From Mobula birostris (lineage: Eukaryota): DNA of 64,000 nucleotides. Below are positions 1 to 11,100 of the stretch, one piece after another. The notes under the pieces are model-generated. The model ran no database searches. It was not told where the DNA came from and saw only the letters and a program-made list of their open reading frames with translations. Where the stretch lies: positions 14,404,881 through 14,468,880 of the forward strand of contig NC_092399.1 of assembly GCF_030028105.1 (NCBI RefSeq), given 5' to 3'. The position numbers and the translations under genes were made by a program. The stretch's first letter is position 1; every line of letters begins with the position of its first letter.

Positions 1-975
1 TGTAAGAATATTGTACTCAGTCCATTCTTGTAACAAAAGAAATTACCTTTTTTTCTTTGTTATAATGTATATGTATTTGCCAGTTGGCTTGTTGGATTTT
101 GTTGTCTGTATACAGTCTGATCCAAAGTTTTGTGTACCTGGGCAGACATTTTGATTGTCTCTATGAAAAGGAGCAATCATTTTCAGCACTGAAATAATTT
201 TGGCTTTCAAGGTATTCACCATCTCCATTTACATTCAGGTAAATTGAATTCTCCTGCCACATTATATATTCAATTAAAATTCCCATTAATAAATATGCAA
301 AAGAAATTGATTATGTGATTGGGTACAGATGTTTTCCTGTACTAGACTTTTATGAATGACTACCTGATGAAAATTCTGTAAAAATATATATATATATTTG
401 GATCATTTTGACCTTATCTCATGAAATGTTAAGGGATTTATTTGTTCTTTTTTTTCCCAACTGAAGAATTCAGTGATCCCAAAATTATACAGGACAATGG
501 ATTTTTCAAACTGCACACAAGGAATCATCTGTGCTTTACGTTGCCCATGTATTTAAGTAAAAATATTTTCTTTTTTTTTAAATGGTAAAAGACATTACCA
601 TTGCACATTTTTATGCTCAAAATATTTTTGGAATGTTATCCAAAAGAGAACTTGTGTTACTTTTGCTACAAGAATGCCCCATTGTTACTAAAACAGTTTG
701 CGCTTTCAAGCCAAGTAATAGGGGATCCAGAAGGATCTCTCAACAAGCAGTTTAAATATTGTCATCCTGACATCTTGTGGTTTGTCCCACACTGCCATCC
801 AGTGGGATATTTCCCAGTCTTGATTATGTATTGAAAATCAAATCAACCATATAGCAAAAAAGATTCGATACCAAAATCCTATAGGTTCCTTGACTAAATC
901 TATTGTAATTTTTTGTAACTTTTTGTTCAGTGTTACTGTCCTCTCAATAAAAATTTATTTCAATTACATTAAGTT
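1..975 (+). other. Probable distal 3' UTR and poly(A) site of an upstream gene
   Basis: AT/U-rich, repeat-free and non-coding; AATAAA at 946-951 is followed by a GU/U-rich stretch at ~997-1020. The gene cannot be identified from the window (in mammals AGO3 precedes TEKT2, from memory). Confidence 0.45.
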
Positions 976-1314
976 TCAGGCAAGTTTAATTTTGCAGTTG
1001 TGTCTGTTTCTTCTCTTTTACTTTAAGTTTGTGTATACAAATTTGTTGGTGGATTTTAATTGAATACTAAATTCTGAGTTGAATGAAGGTTTGATGGTGA
1101 CATTTTACTTCCAGTCCTGTGATGAATCCAGTTGAGACTGCTGGGCTAAAAGACACTTTGATTTTGTGTCAAAACAGACCATGTGTTTGATGGTTCTCAC
1201 TCCACCACTCTCTAAGCCTGAGCACAGTTCAGTAAAGACGACAATTGCAACTTAATATAATGTCTTTAATATAATCTATTAAAAATATTCACAATATGAA
1301 TACATATTTGCAGA

Positions 1315-1890
1315 TTCAAGATTGTTTGTCATTCTTAAGTACACGCGTGTAAAGAGCAACAAAGTTATTTTTGTTCCAGATCTGATGCAGTGTAAAAAAA
1401 AAGCACAATAAGCATAAAACAATAAATATAAAAGCAATCTTGTAAAACACAATGTACAAGTAACTGTTGAGTGTGGCCTTATATACTTAAGATTAGCTTG
1501 TATACATATGTACATAAAGTATTGCTAGATTTAAGAATATCTGAACATAAGGTAACTGACAGGAAATGATAGTGACAGAGTGACTCTTGGCAAAAGGAAC
1601 TCTTCAAGGTAACAGCAGGGGACATGAAGTCACAGTACAAACAGTGACTCAGTGTAGTTATGAGGTGTGGGGTGGAAGCTCAAAGTGTCAATGTATGGGG
1701 CGGGGATGAAGGGTGCTGAGGGGCAGGGCAGAGCAGACGAGTGATGACTGATGTGGATGTAGTGCTGGTGGGATGAGTTAATGTGGGGAGGTGTTGATCA
1801 GCCTGGTGGCTTGGGGGAAGTAACTTTTTTTGAGTCTGGTGGTCCTGGTGTAGATGCTGCATAGCCTCTTCCCTGATGGGAGATGAGACC
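1315..1890 (-). mobile_element. Degenerate Rex1/Babar-like LINE 3' fragment
   Basis: Minus-strand ORF 1778-2023 contains LPSGKRLCSIYTRTTRLKKSYFPQATRL, the typical C-terminal motif of this LINE group. Confidence 0.6.
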
Positions 1891-3189
1891 CAAGAGTAAA
1901 ATTATGTGAGGATCTACATGTAAGAAGATTTTGAAGGGGCAGAGCAGAAGAAAGATGAATGATGAAAATTCTGTTCAAAATCACCGAACTGAAACTTCCC
2001 TTCTGCATTGTTGTTTTGTTCACTGTTGAGCATTACCATTACTTTTCCAGGTCTAAAACATTTGGAATATTTTGAGTGTTTCTCAAGATGATTGAGGATT
2101 ATGCCACCAGTTATAGAGTTAATTCAATCAACCACAGCCAGAAACATGTGGTTGTAATCTAGCAGCACCGTGCGGTGAGTTTTGTGGATCGAAATAAGGA
2201 ATTTGAAATCAATAGCAAGAAACAAGAAACTACTAGACAGGTATATGGAGGAATCTAAGGTGGGGGCTTATATGGGAGGCAGGGTTTGAGGGTCGGCACA
2301 ACATTGTGGGCCAAAGGGCCTGTACTGTGCTGTACTGTTCTATGTTCTATATAATACAACCTGTTGGAGGAACCTAGTGGGCCAAGCAGCATCTGTGGAG
2401 GCAAAGAGATGGCCAACATTTTTGTTTAGAACCCTGAAATCAGAGTGGTCTCCATCCAAGTGTTGCTCATCCCTCTGCCAACGTAGATGCTTGACACAGT
2501 GAGTTTCTCCAGCAGAGTACTGCTCCAAATTCTGGTATCTGCGGTTGCTGTGTCTCTGCAGTCCTAAAAGCCAGGACCTGGGACTGTGACATGGACCCAC
2601 TTGAAATGGAGCTTTGAGAGATTTCACCTTAAGATGTGCACTATGAATCTCAATTTTTAATGCACGCTGTTTGGTTTAGTAGGAACAGTACATGCTCCAG
2701 GATGGCAAACAAAGTGTCACTGACCATCTTAAATCATTGCCTCTCATATTCAGCCAGCATTACCCAAAGTATTCATAAATGGTGTCAATAAGCAGAACGT
2801 GGGCCTGCTTAATGGTTTTAATGATATCTGACCGCTTAAAGGATGGGTCCATGCTGGTTGCAGGCAAAGAGCTTATAAAAGAAAAAGGGCAATTTGAAGC
2901 AAAGTATAAAGTAGCAAGGAAAAAGAGAGTGACCCAGGCTTCCGTGACAGTTTTGAATAACCCTCTGGGGGGGGGGGGGGGTCATTATTTGCTGTAACTA
3001 CCAGCTTGGCATCGTACTATCAGACATTTAAGAGTAGGCTTTTGGATGTATCACTGTTTCAGTGTGCAGGAGTCGGGATATCAGGATAGATTGTCACAGG
3101 TTGGTTCCCTGATAATTGTAAGATTTGAGTGAATTGAGCTACCTACCTGATCTCTGGTCTAGAAGTACGTGGAGCTCTCCCACTTTTTA

Positions 3190-3430
3190 AAATTTTTATT
3201 GAGATACAGCGTGGATAAGGCCTTTCACTCTACACTGCCCTCCTACCCCGATCACGGGACAATTTACAGTGACCAATTAAGCTACCAACCATTGGGTCTT
3301 TGGATTGTAGGAGGAAACCGGGAGCACCTAGAGGAAACCCACGCGGTCACGGAGAGAATGCCTCACAGGTGGCGGCAGGTGTCGAACCACGGTCACCGGT
3401 ACTGTAAAGCGTGCTAACCACAGTGCTACT
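3190..3430 (-). mobile_element. tRNA-derived SINE
   Basis: Reverse complement of the SINE family seen at 3700 and 10897 (ggaaaccggagcacc...gaggaaaccc; tRNA-like head). Confidence 0.65.
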
Positions 3431-3699
3431 CTGTGCAATGGACGCTCAGGAATAAATTGCAGCTATACCACTTAGTTTTAAAATAGATTAACATTGATTT
3501 AACAGTAGTGTTATTACAAATTTACAATTACCGTGGGAGAAGTAAAGTCTGACTTTATGCAAAATGTATTATTTTGAAAAAAAAATGGAACGACGATTTT
3601 CTCACCTTCAGCGGATCACCCTTGACTGATTTATCCTATGCGTGGAAATTGCAACAATTATACTCTGAACTTGATGTTTTGTGGCAGAAATGCCCAATT

Positions 3700-3977
3700 C
3701 ACAGTAGTGTCGAGGTTAGCGCGACGCTATTACAGCTCGGGGCGTCGGCGTTCAATCCCGGCGACCTCTGTTAGGAGACTCTGCTTCTCCCTGTGACCGC
3801 CTAGGTTTTATCCAGGTCCTCCGGTTTCCTTCCGCAGTCCAAAGACCTACGGGTAGGGTAATTGTCCATTGTAAATAGTCCCGTGATTAGATCAGGGTTA
3901 AATTGATTTGTCTGAGGTGCCTAGGCGGTGCGACTCGGACGGCCGGTAGGGCTGTTATCTCTAAATAAATGAATAAA
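3700..3977 (+). mobile_element. tRNA-derived SINE
   Basis: A/B-box-like head (gttcaatccc), conserved core ccggtttcct...cagtccaaagac, and (taaa)n tail. Confidence 0.7.
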
Positions 3978-4359
3978 ATTCACTATCACATGATTGCCAA
4001 ATCCAAATAAAATATTCAGCAAGAGTAGGCCTAAAGACCCATTGCACTTCCTTTGACATTCAATATGCTCGGCACTGATCTTGTGCCTTGAATGCACTTT
4101 CCTGTCCAGATATTTTCACACATCATTGAATACAACCAAAATTCAATCTGACCCTTGAGTATATACCACGGTTGAAAACTCACACCCCTCTCAGCATCTC
4201 CCTCATCATCATCTGGCTGGTCCCTTAGCCTGAGGTGGTGCCTGTTGGTTCCGGACCCATCGGCTGGAAGAAACAGCCTCCTCGTCTATTTTATCAGCCA
4301 CGTATACTGTACATCAATTAAATCACCTGTTCTTTCAAATTCTATTGAACGTAGGGCGA

Positions 4360-4780
4360 TCACTCTCTTCAGGGGAAACCTCATCCACAGAATCTTTAGG
4401 GAGCGGTGTCTTAAAGGCAGCGTCCATTATTAAGGACCTCCAGCACCCAGGGCATGCCCTTTTCTCACTGTTACCATCAGGTAGGAGGTACAGGAGCCTG
4501 AAGTCACACACTCAGCGATTCAGGAACAGCTTCTTCCCCTCTGCCATCCGATTGCTAAATGGACATTGAAGCTTTGAACACTACCTCACTTTTTTAATAT
4601 ACAGTATTTCTGTTCTTGCACATTTTTTAAAAATCTATTCAATATACGTAATTGATTTGTTTAATATGTTTTATTTTATTTTTTTCTCTCTCTGCTAGAT
4701 TCTGTATTGCATTGAACTGCTGCTGCTAAGCTAACAAATTTCACGTCACATGCCGGTGATAATAAACCTGATTCTGATCT
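4360..4780 (+). mobile_element. Rex1/Babar-like LINE 3' end
   Basis: ORF 4345-4569 ends HPGHALFSLLPSGRRYRSLKSHTQRFRNSFFPSAIRLLN; tail aataaacctgattctgat. Confidence 0.75.
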
Positions 4781-5248
4781 AAGGACACTCCTCCCACTGA
4801 CCACCAGTTGTCCATCCGTCAAAGAGTTTGTAGGTGTCACATTGACTGTATTAGCCAAGAACCCATAAAATCGGAGGGAAGTAAGTTATCCTCGATCCAG
4901 AGGGAAAATACAATCAGCCTACATGTGTCAGAAAGGACCAATATTTTCACCTCACCTATTTTTTTTCGATTTCAGCGCTACCTGTTTCTAATCCTAACGT
5001 TTCCACAACTATTTTACTCACTTTATGTATCTGCTTCGTGTTGCTCAGTGGCCCGTAATTTTAGATTAGTTTATTCCGAATTTTAAACCTCTCCGTCGTG
5101 GGGCTGGGTGGGGTAACCTCGCCGGGACAGCAGGCGAATCTATCGCGGATCCCGAGAGTAAATTCTATCATAATGTCACACTTTAACGCACACAAATGAA
5201 TTATTGATAAAGGACCACGTGTCCTGCGGTCTTGTTGTTGCCCTTTCA

Positions 5249-5346
5249 GTTGTCATGGTTATTTTGTACCAGCGGTGCTGTTCTGATTGGAGAAGGACGC
5301 CGTCTCCCAGCAACGTGCCGGTGTTTGGAAAGGACGGGGTGGGGCG
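5249..5346 (+). promoter_or_regulatory. TEKT2: TEKT2 promoter: two RFX X-box-like motifs, an inverted CCAAT box and a GC box in a CpG-rich patch
   Basis: gttgtcatggttat 5249-5262 and gtctcccagcaac 5302-5314 resemble GTNRCC(N0-3)RGYAAC; attgg at 5286-5290; ggggtggggcg at ~5336-5346. Confidence 0.6.
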
Positions 5347-5349
5347 CTC

Positions 5350-5418
5350 GGGAGAATCCAGTGGCTGCTTCACGGAGTCGCTGTTTGAAGGCTGAAAGTA
5401 ACAAACACGAACCTGTGG
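5350..5418 (+). other. TEKT2: Probable non-coding exon 1 of TEKT2 (start approximate)
   Basis: Consensus donor TGG|GTAAGT at 5418/5419 just downstream of the promoter motifs; the ATG exon has its own acceptor at 8019. Confidence 0.6.
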
Positions 5419-6569
5419 GTAAGTCCCTGGTTTTTTGCTGATGTTTGATGTTTGAATTCACTGGAGCGCAGCAACTTTTATTTACGTGTTACATCCTCCA
5501 ACCATCGAATGATGGGTTAAGTACTTTCATTTACTGGACGACCTTTTCTTCACATGTTAGTGATTTAAGTAATGCCCACTGATCGTTCCGAAGCCGAACA
5601 CAAAAAGTAGAAAACTTAGCCCCTCAGCAAAGGCCTGACAATGGCGCACGAAAGCAAAGAGGCTAGCTAAGTTCCTGGTTGCTACACGAGTCTGGTCAGG
5701 AAATGTGGGAAGAGCAATTTTAATTAACTTTTTTAACGCTGATGGTTAATGTGCGGGATCAGGACTGAGACTGCAAGTCTGCAAAAAAATTCTGTTATTC
5801 AGGATTCTGAGTATCCGGATTGTAGAAGATATCTTTGATATGAGAGTTCATATCTTTTATCTCCAGCCAACCTCTCTTCTCACTGCATCAAAATGGAATC
5901 TTCATCAGACTCAACACTGTACTCTGTAATTCGCTTCCTGATTTAGATGTTACTGCTCCTCGTCCTTCCTTCAGAGATATCCTTGTACATCTCCTCAAAT
6001 CACTTAACTGATTTCTTTTTTAACTGTATATCAACTTATTTCATTGCTCATTTGCTGTTCAATACGTTAGGGAAACTTGTTTTATTGCTAACTTTCCTCT
6101 CCACAGATGCAGCCTGACTTGGTGAGTACAGCATTTTGTTTCTTTCTGAGGAATACTTGTGGGTCCACCCCTTCCTTCTCTCTTTCAACTTTTCCCACCA
6201 TCTACTTAACAATAGAATAAAGTGCCAAGACATGTTTTATGTCAATGCCATCTCAATATAAACCGTTGGTTAGGAGGGACATTAAACTTCCTAATTTTAA
6301 GATAATTAAAAAGGAAGAGCATTTTCTAATTTAAATTCTATGTGGATTGAGAACATGAAAGATCATGTTTTACATATTAGTGGGAAAGTTCAGGACTGCC
6401 TGTAGTGTAGATACTTGAGGGGTAAAACCAACTAAAAGATTAGAAACTCAAGTGGGAAGTTGAAAACAGAATTATCCCTTTGTTAACTCCAGTTAGCATA
6501 CTGGGTGCTGTACTTTAAATCTTGCAAAAATACACCCAGTATTAATTAATTAATTAGAGATTAATACAA

Positions 6570-7085
6570 ATCTCTAATCAGCCAATCATGGGGCCACAAC
6601 TCGATGCATAAAAGCATGCAGACATGGTCAAGAGGTTCAATTATTGTTCAGACTGAACATCAGAATGGAGAAGAAATGTGATCTAAGTGACTGACTGTGG
6701 AATGATTGTTGGTGCCGGACAGTAGTTTGAGTATCTCAGAAACTGCCGATTTCTAGGGATTTTCACACACAACAGTCGCTAGAGCTTACGGAGAATGGTG
6801 CAAAAAAAAAATCTGGTGAGCTGCAGCTTTCTGGGTGAAAGTACCTTGTTAATGAGAGGGGTCGGAGGAGAATGGCCAGACTGCTTCAAGTTGACAGGAA
6901 GGCGACAGTAACTCAAATATTATCACATGTTACAACAGTGGCGGGCAGAAGAGCATCTCTGAGTGCTCAAAACATCAAACCTTGAAGTGGGGTAAGCTAC
7001 GGCAGCAGAAGACCACGAACATATACTCAGTGCCCACTTTATTAAGTACAGGAGGTACCAAATAAAGTGGCCAACTGCATGTATA
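6570..7085 (+). mobile_element. Tc1/mariner deletion derivative
   Basis: Decayed Tc1 transposase N-terminus (…CDLSD..CGMIVGA..SLSISETADFLGFSHTTVARAYGEW); TIR-like inverted pair cagtgcccactttattaagtac / gtaccaaataaagtggccaactg at ~7029-7077. Confidence 0.7.
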
Positions 7086-7432
7086 TATTATTGAACATTG
7101 TAAAACCTTAAGAAAGATGTAGCAATAGAGAGGACATGAGATCTGTTTGTGATCAGAGGAGGTAATGAAACCCTTATCTGATAAAGCAGAACTGAGGATG
7201 ATGCCATCACTGGTGGGAGGCTGTAATTACAGATTGGATTTAAGTGTTAGCAGAAGAGAGACAATCGCACTGATAGTTTCAGAGTTCTGAATATATCTAT
7301 TCACCATTTATCTTTCTGCCAAAAAAAAAATGGGAAGTGCTGAGGTGCTCAAATGGTCAGGCAGCGCTTGTGGAGAGAGAAGCAGTTAATTTTTCAGGAC
7401 AATGACTCTTCCTCAGAACTAGAAGAGATGTT

Positions 7433-7843
7433 CAGACCCTTGGCATGAACATGGAATTCTCTAACTTCCGGTAATTCCCTCCCCCTCCCTTCCTCTATCC
7501 CTATTTCACTCTGCCCCCTCCCCCAGCTGCCTATCACCTCCCTCATGGTTCCGCCTCCTTCTACTACCCATTGTGCTTATTTTCTTCTTCACCTTTCCTG
7601 CCTATCACCTCCCTGCCTCCTCTCCCCCACCCCCTTGTCTTTCCCCTTATTGGCTTTTCACCCGGAACCTACCAGCCTTCTCCTTCCCACCCTCCCCCAC
7701 CTTCTTCCCCCTACAGTCCTGACGAAGGGTTCCAGCCCGAAACGTTGACTGATCATTTCCACGGATGCTGCCCAACCTGCTGAGTTCCTCCAGTGTGTTG
7801 TGAGTGTTACTTTGACCCCAGCATCTGCAGAGTATTTTGTGTT
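7433..7843 (+). mobile_element. Penelope-like element 3' fragment with hammerhead motif and 9-bp TSD
   Basis: Encodes QTLGMNMEFSNF (the end of the PLE ORF), followed by a pyrimidine-rich UTR and pLTR tail; agagatgtt is repeated at 7424-7432 and 7844-7852. Confidence 0.7.
7714..7751 (+). ncRNA. Minimal type I hammerhead ribozyme motif (GUU triplet)
   Basis: CAGTC CTGACGA A GGG ttccag CCC GAAA CGTT GACTG: stem I CAGTC/GACTG, core CUGANGA and GAAA, stem II GGG/CCC. Confidence 0.7.
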
Positions 7844-8038
7844 AGAGATGTTGTGCATGTCATTTGGATTTTCTTTTGAATTATCTGGGGTTCCCTGTTA
7901 ATATCCTCTCCTTTCTTCACATGAAGCAGGCTGAGGATAAACATATCACTGTCACAGAGAGAGAAAATAGTAATCAACCGTAGTATATTCTTCTAACAAC
8001 TCTGAATTTTATTTTTCAGTTGATTTCACAAAGGCAAA

Positions 8039-8194
8039 ATGGAAACTCTGAGTTTAAAATCAGCTCAGAGATATTCTGTCCCAGACTGGTTTGCCAGTAA
8101 TAACCAGGTTTCAACCAATTCAGAAAGACAACGTTATACGTCCCACCAGATTCGGCAGGAAAGCAGGAGCCTGCGAAATGAAACCAACAATCAG
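8039..8194 (+). CDS. TEKT2: TEKT2 coding exon 1
   Basis: METLSLKSAQRYSVPDWFASNNQVSTNSERQRYTSHQIRQESRSLRNETNNQ; acceptor ttttcag ends 8019, donor gtatga at 8195. Confidence 0.93.
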
Positions 8195-11100
8195 GTATGA
8201 ATCCAAGCCACGGCATTTATGAAAGAGGTCGTGAATGCATACAGAGAACAGTACCACACAGGAACAGGCCCTTCGGCCCATCATAACCATGCTGAACATT
8301 AAATTGCACATCTGCCTGCACATGGCCCATATCCCTGTGTGTCCACAGTAAATGGTGGCCCTGCTTGTAACAGTCACATACTTCGAACAAACAGATTATG
8401 TCCTGAGTTCTTTAGTGGAACTAAACTAAAAGAGCTCAATTCAAGGCCGTTTTGGGTAATTTTGAGTGAGTTGTAGCATTTTGAAGTACAATTTTAAGTA
8501 AAGGTGAACTTCATTACAGCAGTGAGGAAGACGACTGGAATCTATTTCAGGATTCAACATTTTTGATAAGTAATGGAATCTGTAGCGGCAAAACTAATCC
8601 AAGATCAGAACAAAACAATTACCGGTAGCCTGCGACCCTGCGGAGTTGTTACACTTGCGTGAGGCGCCCTCAGCTCCGATGAAATGATCCTTCCCAAGAG
8701 TTGAATCCTTTATTCAACCCTTTACTAGCAATTAGCAAACATAACAAAGTGTTATTGAGCGTTTACTCAACGCTCAGCAAAGATATGACCTCCACGGTCC
8801 CAAGCTACAAACTACCACAAAATGAGCAAGAGTACGTAACTTATTCCCGTTACCTTTACCGCGCCCCCACTCGTGACTAGTTACCGTAATAAATGTAATA
8901 AATGCACAGCACAGAATAGAAAGCAAATAGAGAACAGATGCATGGCTCCTACAGTATCAGTGACTTGCTAGCTCATTTGAGAGGGCGTTAAGACTCACAT
9001 TAAGTTTCTCCCTGATAAACATTAGGGAACTAGAAGGGTTTTTTTTTACAACAATCAGTAGTTCTGTGACTGTTACTGCACTAGGATGAAGCCAGGTCTT
9101 TTCTGTGAGGTGGGACTATTAAAAACACTTCAGTTTCTTGGCTACAAAGCATTTTGTATGACCAAAGGGCTTGAGAGTCTTTCAATGTTAACTTTCTGAT
9201 TTGCGTGCCCTTTCCCAGTCTAATCAGTCAAGCAGATATGCGGAACGCAAGAGATTCTGCAGATGTTGGAAATCTGGAGCAGCACACGCAAGGTGCAGGA
9301 GGAACTCAGCAGGTCAGGTGGCTTTCTAGTTGGGAAATGACCAGTCAACGTTTTGTGCCAAAACCCTTCGTCAGGATGGGAAGGAAAAGACAGAAGTCAG
9401 AATGAAAGGGCGGGGGAGCACAAGCTGGTGGGTGACTGGTGACACCAGATGAGGAGGAGAAGATGGGAAGGTGGAAGATGGGATGAAGAGAGAAGCAGGG
9501 AGGTGATAGGTAGAAGAGGCAAAGGGCTGAAGAATCTGACAGGAGAGGAGAGTAAACCATGGAATTAAGGGGAGGAGGTGGGAAACCAAAGGCAAGGTGT
9601 GTGTAAGGGCAAGGAGGAGATGGAGAAGGACCAGTGGGATTCATGAAGACGAAGAGGAGTAGGGGATGGAACAGAGGCGAGTGGTTCTAGAAGACAGAGA
9701 AATCGATGTCGGTGACATCAGGTTGGAGACTTCCAAGATGGAATATGAGGTGCTGTTCCTCTAACTTGCGAGTATTCTCAACTTGACAGCAGAGGAGGCC
9801 ACGGGCAGACATGTGAGTGTGGGATTGGAAAGTAGAATTACAAGGGCTACTTTGAGGCATTTGAGTGAGTAGTGGAGTTAAAATAACCGCGCCATGGATG
9901 GTCCCCAAGCCCAGCTGTGAAAGGTGGAGGGTTGGGCATGGGGCTAGCAACCCTGCCTCATAAAAACCCAGAGCTGCAGTAACTCCAAAGGCCTCGTCCC
10001 TGGAGGAGGAAGGGTACACCAGGAAGGCGAGCTACACCTGGAACCAATGTGAAAGACTGGCCCAGAACAGAGGACTCTGGCCAGTTACCTTCGACGGCCT
10101 ACGCCTAGTAAGGATGATGAGCCGCAGTGAGTGAGGAGTTAAAGCAGCTGGCCATCTGAAGGTAGATATGGATGTCCAGCTTATGTAGGCCCTAGATCTC
10201 CCGAGGAAAGCTCAGTAATGAGCAGACGTTCCAATGAAAATCCCACAGGAAGCCCACGGGTGGGTGCAAGTGGCGCCTGAGTCTCGTGGTAGAGACACGA
10301 GAGACCACAGACGCAGGAATCTGGAGCAACACACAATTCGCTGGAGGAACCCTGTGGGTCGAGCAGCACCCCTGGGAGGGGAAAAAATCCCACATCAGGA
10401 CCCTGAGTTTCTTGATGTTCACGTGTAGAAGACACACGTCAGGGTTGTATACTGCAGACATACTTCGATAATAAATGAACCTCTGGACTGGTCAATTTAA
10501 TAAAGCCTTGATGACACAAATACACGTTATTCAGCTTCCCATGAAATATAAAATAGATGACCACATTGTAGAATCTTGCTCATTTTCACCTGTATAAATG
10601 TAATTTTGCCTTCCTTTGTAAGTTACTATTCTGGGAAGGCAAGATCCCCAGTGTCTCAGCTCGCTGTTGAGAGACCAATATCTAATTACACTTCTAGATC
10701 ATTATGTATGAACAAGAACTTCTGTTCTCATTGTATTTTCACTTCCAGCCTCATTCTTTACTCTCTCAATTCATTTCTGTCTCAGTATGGACTTGCCAGT
10801 AAATGTGGTGACCAGTATGAAGACTTACTGTCATCATATGTACACAGAGGTGATGAAACCAGGTTATTTAGTCCATTTGTTGAAAACAGACGCGGAGGCA
10901 CAGGCAGACAGTAAGGTAGTGGTGAGCATGATGCTTTACGGTACAGGGGGACCCCAGTTCAACTCCCACCACTGTCGGTAAGGAGTTTGTACGTTCTCCC
11001 TGTGACCGTGTGAGTTTCCTCCGGGTGCTCTGGTTTCCGCCCACAGTCTAAAGACACACACCGGCTGGTAGGTTAATTGGTCATAGTAAGTTGTCCTGTG

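Noticed and set aside
1-975. Assigning the 3' UTR to AGO3
   Set aside because: This rests only on remembered mammalian synteny; no coding sequence in the window can confirm it.
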